Part shown: one piece after another, positions 48,205 to 57,044 of the stretch
Position numbering within the stretch: the stretch's first letter is position 1
Layout: every line of letters begins with the position of its first letter
NCBI GenBank assembly: GCA_037440005.1
Contig: JBBIUY010000016.1
Location: 1-57,044 of the forward strand
Source of the DNA: Armatimonadota bacterium
GTDB taxonomy: Bacteria > Sysuimicrobiota > Sysuimicrobiia > Sysuimicrobiales > Kaftiobacteriaceae
Reading direction: 5' to 3'
DNA length: 57,044 nt
Position numbers and translations under genes: made by a program
The notes under the pieces: generated by a model
The model's input: only the letters and a program-made list of their open reading frames with translations
Told to the model about the DNA's origin: nothing
Databases searched by the model: none

Positions 48205-48498
48205 ATGCCCACGTACCTGATGCTGTTCACCTGGACCGAGCAGGGGGCGCGGACGGCCCGGGAGACCACGGCCCGGGCGGAGAAGTTCGCCTCCCAGGCG
48301 CAGACGTTTGGGGTGCGGGTGCGGGAGACCCTGTGGACCATGGGACCGTACGACGCCGCGGCCCTCCTGGACGCGCCCGACGACGCCGCCGCCAGCCGCC
48401 TGGCCCTGTGGATGGCCAGCCAGGGCAACGTCCGCACGCTCACCATGCGGTGCTACACGGCGGCGGAGATGGCGCGCATCCTGCAGGGGCTGGGCTAA
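48205..48498 (+). CDS. GYD domain protein
   Basis: MPTYLML..WTEQG, WTMGPYD, GNVRTLT; strong SD. Confidence 0.88.
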   Translation: MPTYLMLFTWTEQGARTARETTARAEKFASQAQTFGVRVRETLWTMGPYDAAALLDAPDDAAASRLALWMASQGNVRTLTMRCYTAAEMARILQGLG

Positions 48499-48526
48499 CA
48501 CTCATCCGCACCGGGAGGAAAACCCG

Positions 48527-50061
<1,535 letters not shown>

Positions 50062-50065
<4 letters not shown>

Positions 50066-50604
50066 AACCGCGCCTGTGCACCGACTGCGGCGCGCCCCTG
50101 CAGTGGCGCCGGCTGGCCGACGAGCGCCACCCGCAGCCGGTCTGCCCCCGCTGCGGCCGGGTGCACTGGCAGAACCCCAAGCCCACCGTCTCGGCCCTGC
50201 TGACCCGCCCGGGGCCCGGCGGCCGGACGGAGGTCCTGCTGGTCCGCCGGGCCGTTCCTCCCCGGCAGGGGATGTGGGACTGTCCGGGAGGGTTCGTCGA
50301 CCCCGGCGAGTCTCCCGCCGACGCGCTGGCCCGCGAACTCCGCGAGGAGCTGGGCGTGCAGGCGGCCCTGGGCCCGGTGGTGGGCATCTTCCCCGACCGC
50401 TACGGGGAAGGCGAGGACGCCGAGCCGACGCTGAACATCTACTACCAGGCCACCGTCACCCGCGGCGAACCGGTCCCGGCCAGCGACGTCGCCGAGGCCC
50501 GGTGGTGGCCGCTGGAGGACCTTCCGCCCCTGGCGTTCGACAACAACCGCGCGGCGCTTCTGGCCCTGCGCGCGATGCTGGGCGCACCGCGCGGGCCGGC
50601 GTAG
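50062..50604 (+). CDS. Zinc-ribbon NUDIX hydrolase
   Basis: CTDCG..CPRCG; Nudix box GGFVDPGE..ARELREELG. Confidence 0.9.
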
Positions 50605-50656
50605 CCGGCGGCACGGCCGGGCATCTTTCCTGTGGGAGGCCGGGGGCGGCCTCCCG

Positions 50657-50767
50657 GTGAGCCCCGTGCGCACGGCGTTCTGGATCGCGGTGGTCGTCGC
50701 GATCGGGTGGGCGGTCGCCCGGGGGATGCAGGCGTTCCTGCAGGCGCACCCCCGCCCGACGCTGTAG
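50657..50767 (+). CDS. Putative 36-aa single-TM peptide
   Basis: VSPVRTAFWIAVVVAIGWAVARGMQAFLQAHPRPTL; fills the gap between the NUDIX and pilin genes. Confidence 0.45.
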   Translation: MSPVRTAFWIAVVVAIGWAVARGMQAFLQAHPRPTL

Positions 50768-50820
50768 CGTCCCGCCGCCCGCCCGGCCGCGTACAATAGA
50801 GGCCGGGAGGTCCGGCCGCG

Positions 50821-51267
50821 GTGGGAACCCGTGCCCGCCGCCGGCCTCGCGGGCGCGGGCCCGGTGAGGGCGGCCAGGCGGGTTTCACCCTGATCGAGCT
50901 GCTGGTCGTGGTGGCCATCATCGGCATCCTGGCCGCCGTGCTGATCCCCAACTTCCTGCGCGCCCGCGCCCAGTCCCAGGTGGTGGCCAGCAAGGGCAAC
51001 CTGCGCAACCTGGCCACGGCGCTGGAGACCTACTACCTGGACCACGGCCGCTACCCGGCGCGATTGGACGAGCTGGCCAGCGGCCAGGTGTACCTGCGCG
51101 CGATCCCCGCCGACCCGTGCACGGGCCGCCCGTACACCTACACGCCGGTGGGCGACCCTCCGGCCGACTACCGGCTGTCCGCAGCCTGGCCGGCCGGCAC
51201 TCCCTGCGGGCGGATCCAGCCGGGGATCAGCTACACCCCTGCGGGTGGCCTGCAGGACAGCCCCTGA
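50821..51267 (+). CDS. Type IV pilin / GspG-like prepilin
   Basis: G|FTLIELLVVVAIIGIL class III signal; YYLDHGRYP; two C-terminal Cys; TACAAT upstream. Confidence 0.88.
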   Translation: MGTRARRRPRGRGPGEGGQAGFTLIELLVVVAIIGILAAVLIPNFLRARAQSQVVASKGNLRNLATALETYYLDHGRYPARLDELASGQVYLRAIPADPCTGRPYTYTPVGDPPADYRLSAAWPAGTPCGRIQPGISYTPAGGLQDSP

Positions 51268-51282
51268 GGACGCCCGCGCCCC

Positions 51283-52143
51283 TCACCGCGCCTGGCGGGG
51301 GACCCGCGGGACGGGCGGGTGCGGCTCGCTGCCGCGGTAGGGCATGGGGATGTACTCCACCGACGGCCTCCGCGGACCGGCCTGGGGGTACAGGGCCATC
51401 AGCCGGTAGACCTCGTCGGGCATGGCGGTGGACACGGGCAGCCCCAGCTCCCGGGCTTCGGCCACGGTGATGGGGTAGTCGTGGGTCCACGTTCCCGAGG
51501 TGAGGACGTCCGCCACCTTCGCCGCCTGCTCGCCGCCCATCTTGTCACTGAGGAGTTGCGTCACCGTGGCCCGCACCTGCCGCAGCGCCTTGTCGGCCAC
51601 GTCGGCCAGGATGAAGGTCTGGTCGTCGATCTCGTTGGGGTCCTTGCGGGCCAGCACCTTCAGGATCGAGGCGGCCGGGAACTGGCCGATCTGGGGGTCC
51701 ATCGGCCCCAGGACGGCGTGGGGGTCCATGACGATCTCGTCGGCGGCCAGGGCGATCAGGCTCCCGCCGGACATGGCGTAGTGGGGCACAAACACCGTCA
51801 CCCGGCCCGGGTGGGCCCGCAGGGCCAGCGCGATCTGCTCGGCGGCCAGGACCAGACCCCCGGGGGTGTGCAGGATGAGGTCGATGGGCATCTGGGGCGG
51901 GGTGAGGCGGATGGCCCGCAGCACTTCCTCACTGTCGTGGATGTCGATGTAACGCACCAGCGGGAACCCCAGCAGGCTCATGGTCTCCTGCCGGTGAATC
52001 ATGGCGATGACCCGCGACCCGCGGCGGCGCTCCAGCAGGGTCAGCAGCCGCATGCGGGCCGCCTCCAGCATCCGGCGCTGCACCACCGGTTGGAGGGCCG
52101 AGGCGATGAAGAACAGCCACAGCAGGTCCAGCGCAGACATCAC
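51283..52143 (-). CDS. ClpP-class serine protease (SDH_sah/DUF114 family)
   Basis: IHRQET, LILHTPGG, YAMSGG, GTWTHDYP. Confidence 0.9.
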   Translation of the reverse strand: MMSALDLLWLFFIASALQPVVQRRMLEAARMRLLTLLERRRGSRVIAMIHRQETMSLLGFPLVRYIDIHDSEEVLRAIRLTPPQMPIDLILHTPGGLVLAAEQIALALRAHPGRVTVFVPHYAMSGGSLIALAADEIVMDPHAVLGPMDPQIGQFPAASILKVLARKDPNEIDDQTFILADVADKALRQVRATVTQLLSDKMGGEQAAKVADVLTSGTWTHDYPITVAEARELGLPVSTAMPDEVYRLMALYPQAGPRRPSVEYIPMPYRGSEPHPPVPRVPRQAR

Positions 52144-52164
52144 TCACCTCCGGCTGGCAGTCGT

Positions 52165-52241
52165 GATCCGGAATCGGCGATCAGGGATCGGAGGTCAGGC
52201 CCTCTGTCCCTTTTCCCTTTTCCTTGTTCCCTTCTCCCTCT
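52165..52241. repeat. Two heptamer tandem arrays
   Basis: GATCCGG AATCGGC GATCAGG GATCGGA GGTCAGG, then TCCCTTT TCCCTTT TCCTTGT TCCCTTC TCCCTCT. Confidence 0.7.
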
Positions 52242-52684
52242 CCCCGCCCCAGCCGTGCGCCGCGGCCCGTGGCGCAGGCGCCCCACAGCCTGCAGGCAGC
52301 CCAGGCGGCGAGGCGGCAGGCGGCCACGCAGGCGGCCGTGAAGACCGCCGCGGCGCCCAGGAAGATCGCGGTGCCGCCGCCCAGGGGACGCCCCAGGAGG
52401 ACCTGGCGCAGAAGCACGCCCGCGGGGACGGCCACCGCCCAGTGCCGGAGCAGGCTGGCCCAGCCGGGAGCGCGGTAGACGCCGCTGAGCGGCGCCAGCG
52501 CACACCAGGCCCCCAGCAGCGGCCCCGCGTCCCGCGCCACCGTGGACGTCGTCAGGAGACCGCCATGCGCACGCACGCCGGCGGCGACGAACACCATCAG
52601 TCCCACCGCATCCGCCGCCATCAGCACCCACCGCGGCGGGCCCACCCGGGCGGGGCCCGCCCGCGCGTCAGCGGGCGTTCCCAT
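52181..52684 (-). CDS. DUF3054-like membrane protein
   Basis: AD...F...G..AHG, PLLGAW, W...VPAGVLLR; GGAGGAGG SD. Confidence 0.72.
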   Translation of the reverse strand: MGTPADARAGPARVGPPRWVLMAADAVGLMVFVAAGVRAHGGLLTTSTVARDAGPLLGAWCALAPLSGVYRAPGWASLLRHWAVAVPAGVLLRQVLLGRPLGGGTAIFLGAAAVFTAACVAACRLAAWAACRLWGACATGRGARLGRGEGEGNKEKGKGTEGLTSDP

Positions 52685-53945
52685 GGCTGATCCTCCTCCC
52701 GCCACCGTCGTCGGAGCGCGGCCGGCCCTGCTGCGCCCCGGGGGAACCTTCGCGTCCCTGCGCCACCGGAACTTCCGCCTGTGGTTTGCGGGCCAGCTGG
52801 TGTCCCTGTTCGGCACGTGGATGCAGGCCACGGCTCAGAGTTTTCTGGTGTTCGAGCTCACCCGGTCGCCCGCCTACCTGGGCTACGTGGGCTTTGCGTC
52901 GGGCATGCCCACCTGGGCCTTCATGCTCTACGGCGGGGTGGTGGCCGACCGGACGTCCCGGCGGACCTTGCTGGTGTACACCCAGACGTGCATGATGGTG
53001 CTGGCCTTTGCCCTGGCGGCGGTCACCTTTGCCGGCCGGGTCGCCCCCTGGCACGTGGTGGCGCTGGCGGCGGCGCTGGGCGTGGCCAACGCCTTTGATG
53101 CCCCGGCCCGCCAGGCGTTCGTGGTGGACCTGGTCCCCCGCGAGGACCTGACCAACGCCATCGCGCTGAACGCCACCATGTTCAACGCCGCCACCACCCT
53201 GGGGCCCGCCGCAGCCGGGCTGGCGTACGCCACCCTGGGGCCGGGGTGGTGCTTCACCATCAACGGGCTGACGTTCCTGGCGGTCATCGCGGCCCTGCTG
53301 GCGATGCGCCTGCCCGCGTCCTCCCCCCGGGGCGGATCCGGGCGGACCGGAGACGACCTGCGGGAGGGCGTGCGCTACGCAATGGCCCACCGGCCGGTGC
53401 GGGTCCTGATCCTGGTGGTGGGCCTGCTGAGCCTGCTGGGGATCTCGGTGGGGACGCTGCTGCCGGCGTGGGCGGTGAAGATCCTGCACGGCAACGCCGC
53501 CACCAACGGCCTGCTGCAGTCCGCCCGGGGCGCGGGCGCGGTGGCCAGCGCCCTGTTCATCGCCTCCGTCGGCCACCGGGTCCGACGGGGACGGCTGCTG
53601 ACGGCGGGGCTGTGGGCAGTCCCCCTGGCGTTGCTGGCCTTCGCAGCCGCGCGCCGGATCTCCCTGGCGCTGGCCGCGATGACGGTGGTGGGCGCCGCCG
53701 TGATCCTGGTGATGAACCTGGCCAACGCCATGGTGCAGTCCGCCGTGCCCGACGCGCTGCGCGGACGGGTCATGAGCCTGTACAGCATGGTCTTTTTCGG
53801 CGCGATGCCCGTGGGGGCCCTGTGGGCGGGCGGGCTGGCCGAGCGGGTGGGCGAGCCCCTGGCGGTGACGATCACCAGCGGCCTGCTGCTGGCCCTGGCG
53901 GCCGGGGTGCGGCTGCGGGCCCCCTGGCTGCGGGAGATGGCCTGA
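52683..53945 (+). CDS. MFS transporter (DHA3/MFS_3-like)
   Basis: FASLRHRNFRLWFAGQLVS..GTWMQ, GVVADR, FDAPARQA, LRGRVMS; about 12 TM. Confidence 0.92.
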   Translation: MADPPPATVVGARPALLRPGGTFASLRHRNFRLWFAGQLVSLFGTWMQATAQSFLVFELTRSPAYLGYVGFASGMPTWAFMLYGGVVADRTSRRTLLVYTQTCMMVLAFALAAVTFAGRVAPWHVVALAAALGVANAFDAPARQAFVVDLVPREDLTNAIALNATMFNAATTLGPAAAGLAYATLGPGWCFTINGLTFLAVIAALLAMRLPASSPRGGSGRTGDDLREGVRYAMAHRPVRVLILVVGLLSLLGISVGTLLPAWAVKILHGNAATNGLLQSARGAGAVASALFIASVGHRVRRGRLLTAGLWAVPLALLAFAAARRISLALAAMTVVGAAVILVMNLANAMVQSAVPDALRGRVMSLYSMVFFGAMPVGALWAGGLAERVGEPLAVTITSGLLLALAAGVRLRAPWLREMA

Positions 53946-53976
53946 CGGAGACGTTCTCCCGGGGAGGCGGAGAACG

Positions 53977-54270
53977 ATGGAGCAGACGCGGTCGCCCGCG
54001 GTCTACGCGGTCAGCTATGACCTGTTGAATCCCCAGAAGGACTACCGCCGTTTCTTCGACACCCTGCGCGCGTTCCACCCCGCGGTCAAGGCCACCGCCT
54101 CCACGTACCTGATCACCACCGACCGGCTGGCCGGGGAGGTCCTGGACGCGCTGCTGCGGTGGGTCGACCGGGACGACCGCCTGGTGGTGGTCGGGCCGCT
54201 GGCGGTATGGGCCTGCTACAACACCGGCGAGGAGGTCATCCGCTGGATGCGGGACCACATCGCGCCCTGA
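53977..54270 (+). CDS. Small Cas2/VapD-like ferredoxin-fold protein
   Basis: VYAVSYDL..KDY, STYLI, DDRLVV pattern; SD upstream. Confidence 0.6.
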   Translation: MEQTRSPAVYAVSYDLLNPQKDYRRFFDTLRAFHPAVKATASTYLITTDRLAGEVLDALLRWVDRDDRLVVVGPLAVWACYNTGEEVIRWMRDHIAP

Positions 54271-54354
54271 CGGAGGCGGGCCCCCGGGCGTCTGTCCGGG
54301 TCTCCGCCCGGGAACCTTTCCGGGCGCGGGTGCGTCTGGACAGACGGAGGTGGT

Positions 54355-54795
54355 GTGGCTGTGAGCACGCGCGCGCACGTAGCCCTCGCCGTCGTCGCCG
54401 TGCTGGTCCTGGGGGCGGCCTCCTGGGCCCTGGCGCAGCCCTGGGGTCCGCCGGCGGACCGGCTCACCCTGGCGTGGCCCCGGCTGCGACAGGCTCTGAA
54501 CCTGACCGACGAGCAGGCCCGCCGGCTGGACCAGGTCCTGCAGGCGCACCGCGCCCGGGTCGCCCGCCTGCGGCTGGACCTGGCCCGGGCCCGGCTGGAC
54601 CTGCGGGAGGTGATGCAGGCCGACCGGCCGGACCCGGCGCGGGTGGAGGAGATCGCCTCACGGATCGGGACCCTGACCGGCGAACTGGTCCGGGCCCGGG
54701 TCGCCCTGGAGACCGAGCTGAGGGCGATCCTGACTCCCGAGCAGTACATCAAGCTGCGCGCCTTCCTGCGCCACCGAGCCCGCCCCCGGCGCTAA
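54355..54795 (+). CDS. Spy/CpxP family periplasmic protein (heavy-metal sensor-like)
   Basis: Signal peptide; LNLTDEQ and ILTPEQ motifs. Confidence 0.85.
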   Translation: MAVSTRAHVALAVVAVLVLGAASWALAQPWGPPADRLTLAWPRLRQALNLTDEQARRLDQVLQAHRARVARLRLDLARARLDLREVMQADRPDPARVEEIASRIGTLTGELVRARVALETELRAILTPEQYIKLRAFLRHRARPRR

Positions 54796-54869
54796 AAAGG
54801 GAAAAGGGGAAAGGGTAAAGGGAACAGGGACATACTCCTCTTCTCCTTTTTCCTTTTTCCCTTTTCCCT
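54795..54869. repeat. Heptamer inverted repeat between convergent genes; possible bidirectional terminator
   Basis: AAAAGGG AAAAGGG GAAAGGG TAAAGGG AACAGGG ... TTCCTTT TTCCCTT TTCCCT. Confidence 0.7.
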
Positions 54870-55440
54870 ACTTCCTCTTCGCCCTCTCCAGATACGTCGC
54901 GGTCTCCACCTCGACCCGGATCACCTCGCCGGGGGCGATGAACGGCGGAACCATGATGGTCAGCCCGTTGTCCAGTCGCGCCTCCTTCCAGACGCTGCCC
55001 TCCACCCCCACGCCCCGGGTCGGCGGGGCGGTGTCGGCCACCCGGACCTCCACCACGTCGGGCAGGACCACGCCCACGGGCTGGCCGTCGGAGAACTCCA
55101 CCGGCAGGGTCATCCCCTCCACCAGGAAGGACGCCGCCTTGCCCAGCCGGGCGCTCTCGATGGACACCTGCTCGTAGGTCTCCACGTCCATGAAGTGGCA
55201 GAGGTCGGCGTCGCGGTACAGAAACTGCATCGTCCGCCGGGCCAGGGCGACGTCCTCCAGCCGGTCGTCGGGCTTGAAGCGCCACTCCCGGATCGCTCCG
55301 GTGCGCATGTTCCGCAGCTTGGCGTGGGTGACCCCGCTCAGCTGGCCGCCGCCCATGTGGTAGGATGCCGAGATGACCTTGTACAGGTCGCCTTCCAGGC
55401 GGACGGCCATGCCCGGCCGCAGCTCCGATGCCAGGACCAT
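54868..55440 (-). CDS. efp: Elongation factor P paralog with an atypical loop
   Basis: ASELRPG, MQFLYRD, FMDVETYEQ, KEARLDNG..VPPFI..GE; loop HMGGGQLSG. Confidence 0.88.
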   Translation of the reverse strand: MVLASELRPGMAVRLEGDLYKVISASYHMGGGQLSGVTHAKLRNMRTGAIREWRFKPDDRLEDVALARRTMQFLYRDADLCHFMDVETYEQVSIESARLGKAASFLVEGMTLPVEFSDGQPVGVVLPDVVEVRVADTAPPTRGVGVEGSVWKEARLDNGLTIMVPPFIAPGEVIRVEVETATYLERAKRK

Positions 55441-55602
55441 CCGCGCTCACCTCCTGCCTGCCCCGGGCCCGCCTCCCCCGGATGCGGAACCGGCGTCGCT
55501 CCCACACCCAGTATACGGTGCCGGCAGGACGGTCCCCCACCCGGCGGCCAATGCCTTTTACGTGCGCCGGTTCCCTGGCCTCTTCTACGCGGAGTGGGCC
55601 CC

Positions 55603-56916
55603 ATGACCGCTCCCCACCTGCTCACCGCGACCCAGCTGGCCGCCGCCCTGCGGTCGGGGGAGCTGTCGGCGGAGGACGCGGTGGAGGCGTGCCTGGACCG
55701 CATCGCGCGCCTGGACCCCCGGCTGCAGGCGTGGGTGACCGTGGACGCCGAGGGCGCGCGGGCGGCCGCCCGCGCGCTGGACCGGGAGGCGCGGGCGGGA
55801 CGGCTGCGCGGTCCGCTGCACGGCGTACCGGTAGGCGTCAAGGACATCATCGACGCATCCGGCCTGCTCACCACATCGGGAGCCCCGCCCTTCGCCCACC
55901 GCCGGCCCGAGCGCGACGCCGCCTGCGTGGCCCGCCTGCGGGCGGCCGGGGCGGTGATCGTGGGCAAGACGGCCACCACGCCGTTCGCCTACGCGGACCC
56001 GGCTCCCACCCGCAACCCCTGGCATGCCGATCACAGCCCCGGAGGCTCGTCCAGCGGGTCGGCGGCGGCGGTGGCCGCGCGCATGGTGCCGCTCGCGTTG
56101 GGCACCCAGACCATCGGGTCCACCCTGCGGCCGGCCAGCTACTGCGGGATCGTCGGATTCAAGGGCACCTACGGGGCGGTCAGCCTGGAGGGCGTCACAC
56201 CCCTGTCGTGGAGCCTGGACCACCTGGGCGTCTTCGCCCGGACGGTGGAGGACGCAGCGGCGGCGTTCGCCGTCCTGGCCCAGACGCCCCCGGTCTCTGC
56301 CGGGCGGGATCCGTCCCCGCCGCGACTGGGGATCCCGTGGGCGTTTGTGGAGGCCTCCAGCGCTCCGGAGGTGGTCCGTCACCTGCACGCGGTGGCGGAA
56401 GCGCTCTCCGGAGCCGGCGCCCGGGTCGCCGACGTGACGCTTCCGCCGTCGGCCCGGGAGATCGACTCCGCCGGCCGCCGGGTGCTGGCGGTGGAGGCCG
56501 CCACTTACCACCGCGCCTGGTTTGCCGAGCACGCCGCCTGCTATCCGCCCCGCATCCGGGACCTGGTGGAGACCGGGCTGCGCGTGTCGGGGGTGGAGTT
56601 CGTGGAGGCCGAGCGGGCGCGGCAGCGCTTCCGCCAGGAGATGCTGCCGGTGCTGTCACGGTACGACGCGCTGCTGCTCCCGGCGGCCTCGACGGCCGCC
56701 CCGCCTCTGTCCGAGGGCACCACAGGGGACCCGGTGCTGAACGCGCCGTGGTCGTTTGGAGGGTTTCCGGCCATCGCCGTCCCCAGCGGCCTGCTGGCGG
56801 GCGGCCTGCCGGTCGCCATCCAGCTGGTGGCCGGACCCCACGCCGAGGGCCCCCTGCTGGCCGTGGCGCGGTGGTGCGAGCGCGTCGTGGCGTTCGCCGC
56901 CGCGCCCGCCCTCTGA
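55603..56916 (+). CDS. Amidase signature family enzyme
   Basis: GPLHGVPVGVKD, PGGSSSGSAAAVA, GTQTIGSTLRPASYCG. Confidence 0.93.
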   Translation: MTAPHLLTATQLAAALRSGELSAEDAVEACLDRIARLDPRLQAWVTVDAEGARAAARALDREARAGRLRGPLHGVPVGVKDIIDASGLLTTSGAPPFAHRRPERDAACVARLRAAGAVIVGKTATTPFAYADPAPTRNPWHADHSPGGSSSGSAAAVAARMVPLALGTQTIGSTLRPASYCGIVGFKGTYGAVSLEGVTPLSWSLDHLGVFARTVEDAAAAFAVLAQTPPVSAGRDPSPPRLGIPWAFVEASSAPEVVRHLHAVAEALSGAGARVADVTLPPSAREIDSAGRRVLAVEAATYHRAWFAEHAACYPPRIRDLVETGLRVSGVEFVEAERARQRFRQEMLPVLSRYDALLLPAASTAAPPLSEGTTGDPVLNAPWSFGGFPAIAVPSGLLAGGLPVAIQLVAGPHAEGPLLAVARWCERVVAFAAAPAL

Positions 56917-56987
56917 TCCCCCGCACCCTGCGGGCCCCCTCAGGCGCGGGAAGGCAGGACGCCACCTGGACGGACGCCCCGCCCTAG

Positions 56988-57044
56988 GGTGAACTGTTTC
57001 AGTTTGGTGTTTACAGCAAGGGAGGGTCATATGACGTATCCTTC
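56988..57044 (+). mobile_element. Possible left end of an insertion sequence with the start of its ORF (MTYP..), truncated
   Basis: GC drops sharply after CTAG (56984-56987); ggtgaactgtttcagtttggtgtttacagc, GGAGG SD and ATG at 57031. Confidence 0.4.

Overview
A very GC-rich bacterial chromosomal segment with no phage, CRISPR array or full transposase. Gene content and a predicted beta-barrel protein suggest a diderm Terrabacteria lineage such as Armatimonadota; this is inference only. The first ~26 kb is a respiratory and heme supercluster. It has (i) an unusual Rieske/cytochrome b operon: diheme c-type lipoprotein, Tat-Rieske protein, cytochrome b #1, two small membrane proteins, cytochrome b #2 fused to a 2x[4Fe-4S] ferredoxin, an MvhD-like [2Fe-2S] protein and a 35-aa membrane peptide; (ii) the divergent ccmABCDEFGH operon; (iii) a GT2/BshB1/BshC-like trio; and (iv) a complete coproporphyrin-dependent heme operon (hemA, C, D, B, Q, radical SAM, L, E, H, G) ending in a membrane protein and an HTH regulator. 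The rest is mostly housekeeping: HD protein, yajC, SpoIID-like, ruvCAB with a LexA box, yebC, PBP1A, tRNA-Ala(CGC), MacAB-like ABC transporter, panE, a STAND cyclase, adenine deaminase, M32 peptidase, an EF-P paralog and an amidase. The main discovery candidate is the cytochrome b pair. Cytochrome b #1 keeps the Qo motif and the bL ligands but has lost both bH ligands. Cytochrome b #2 keeps all four heme ligands, has a degenerate Qo site and carries a ferredoxin domain next to MvhD. This suggests an asymmetric, heterodimeric bc-type complex that sends the low-potential electron to cytoplasmic Fe-S centres.
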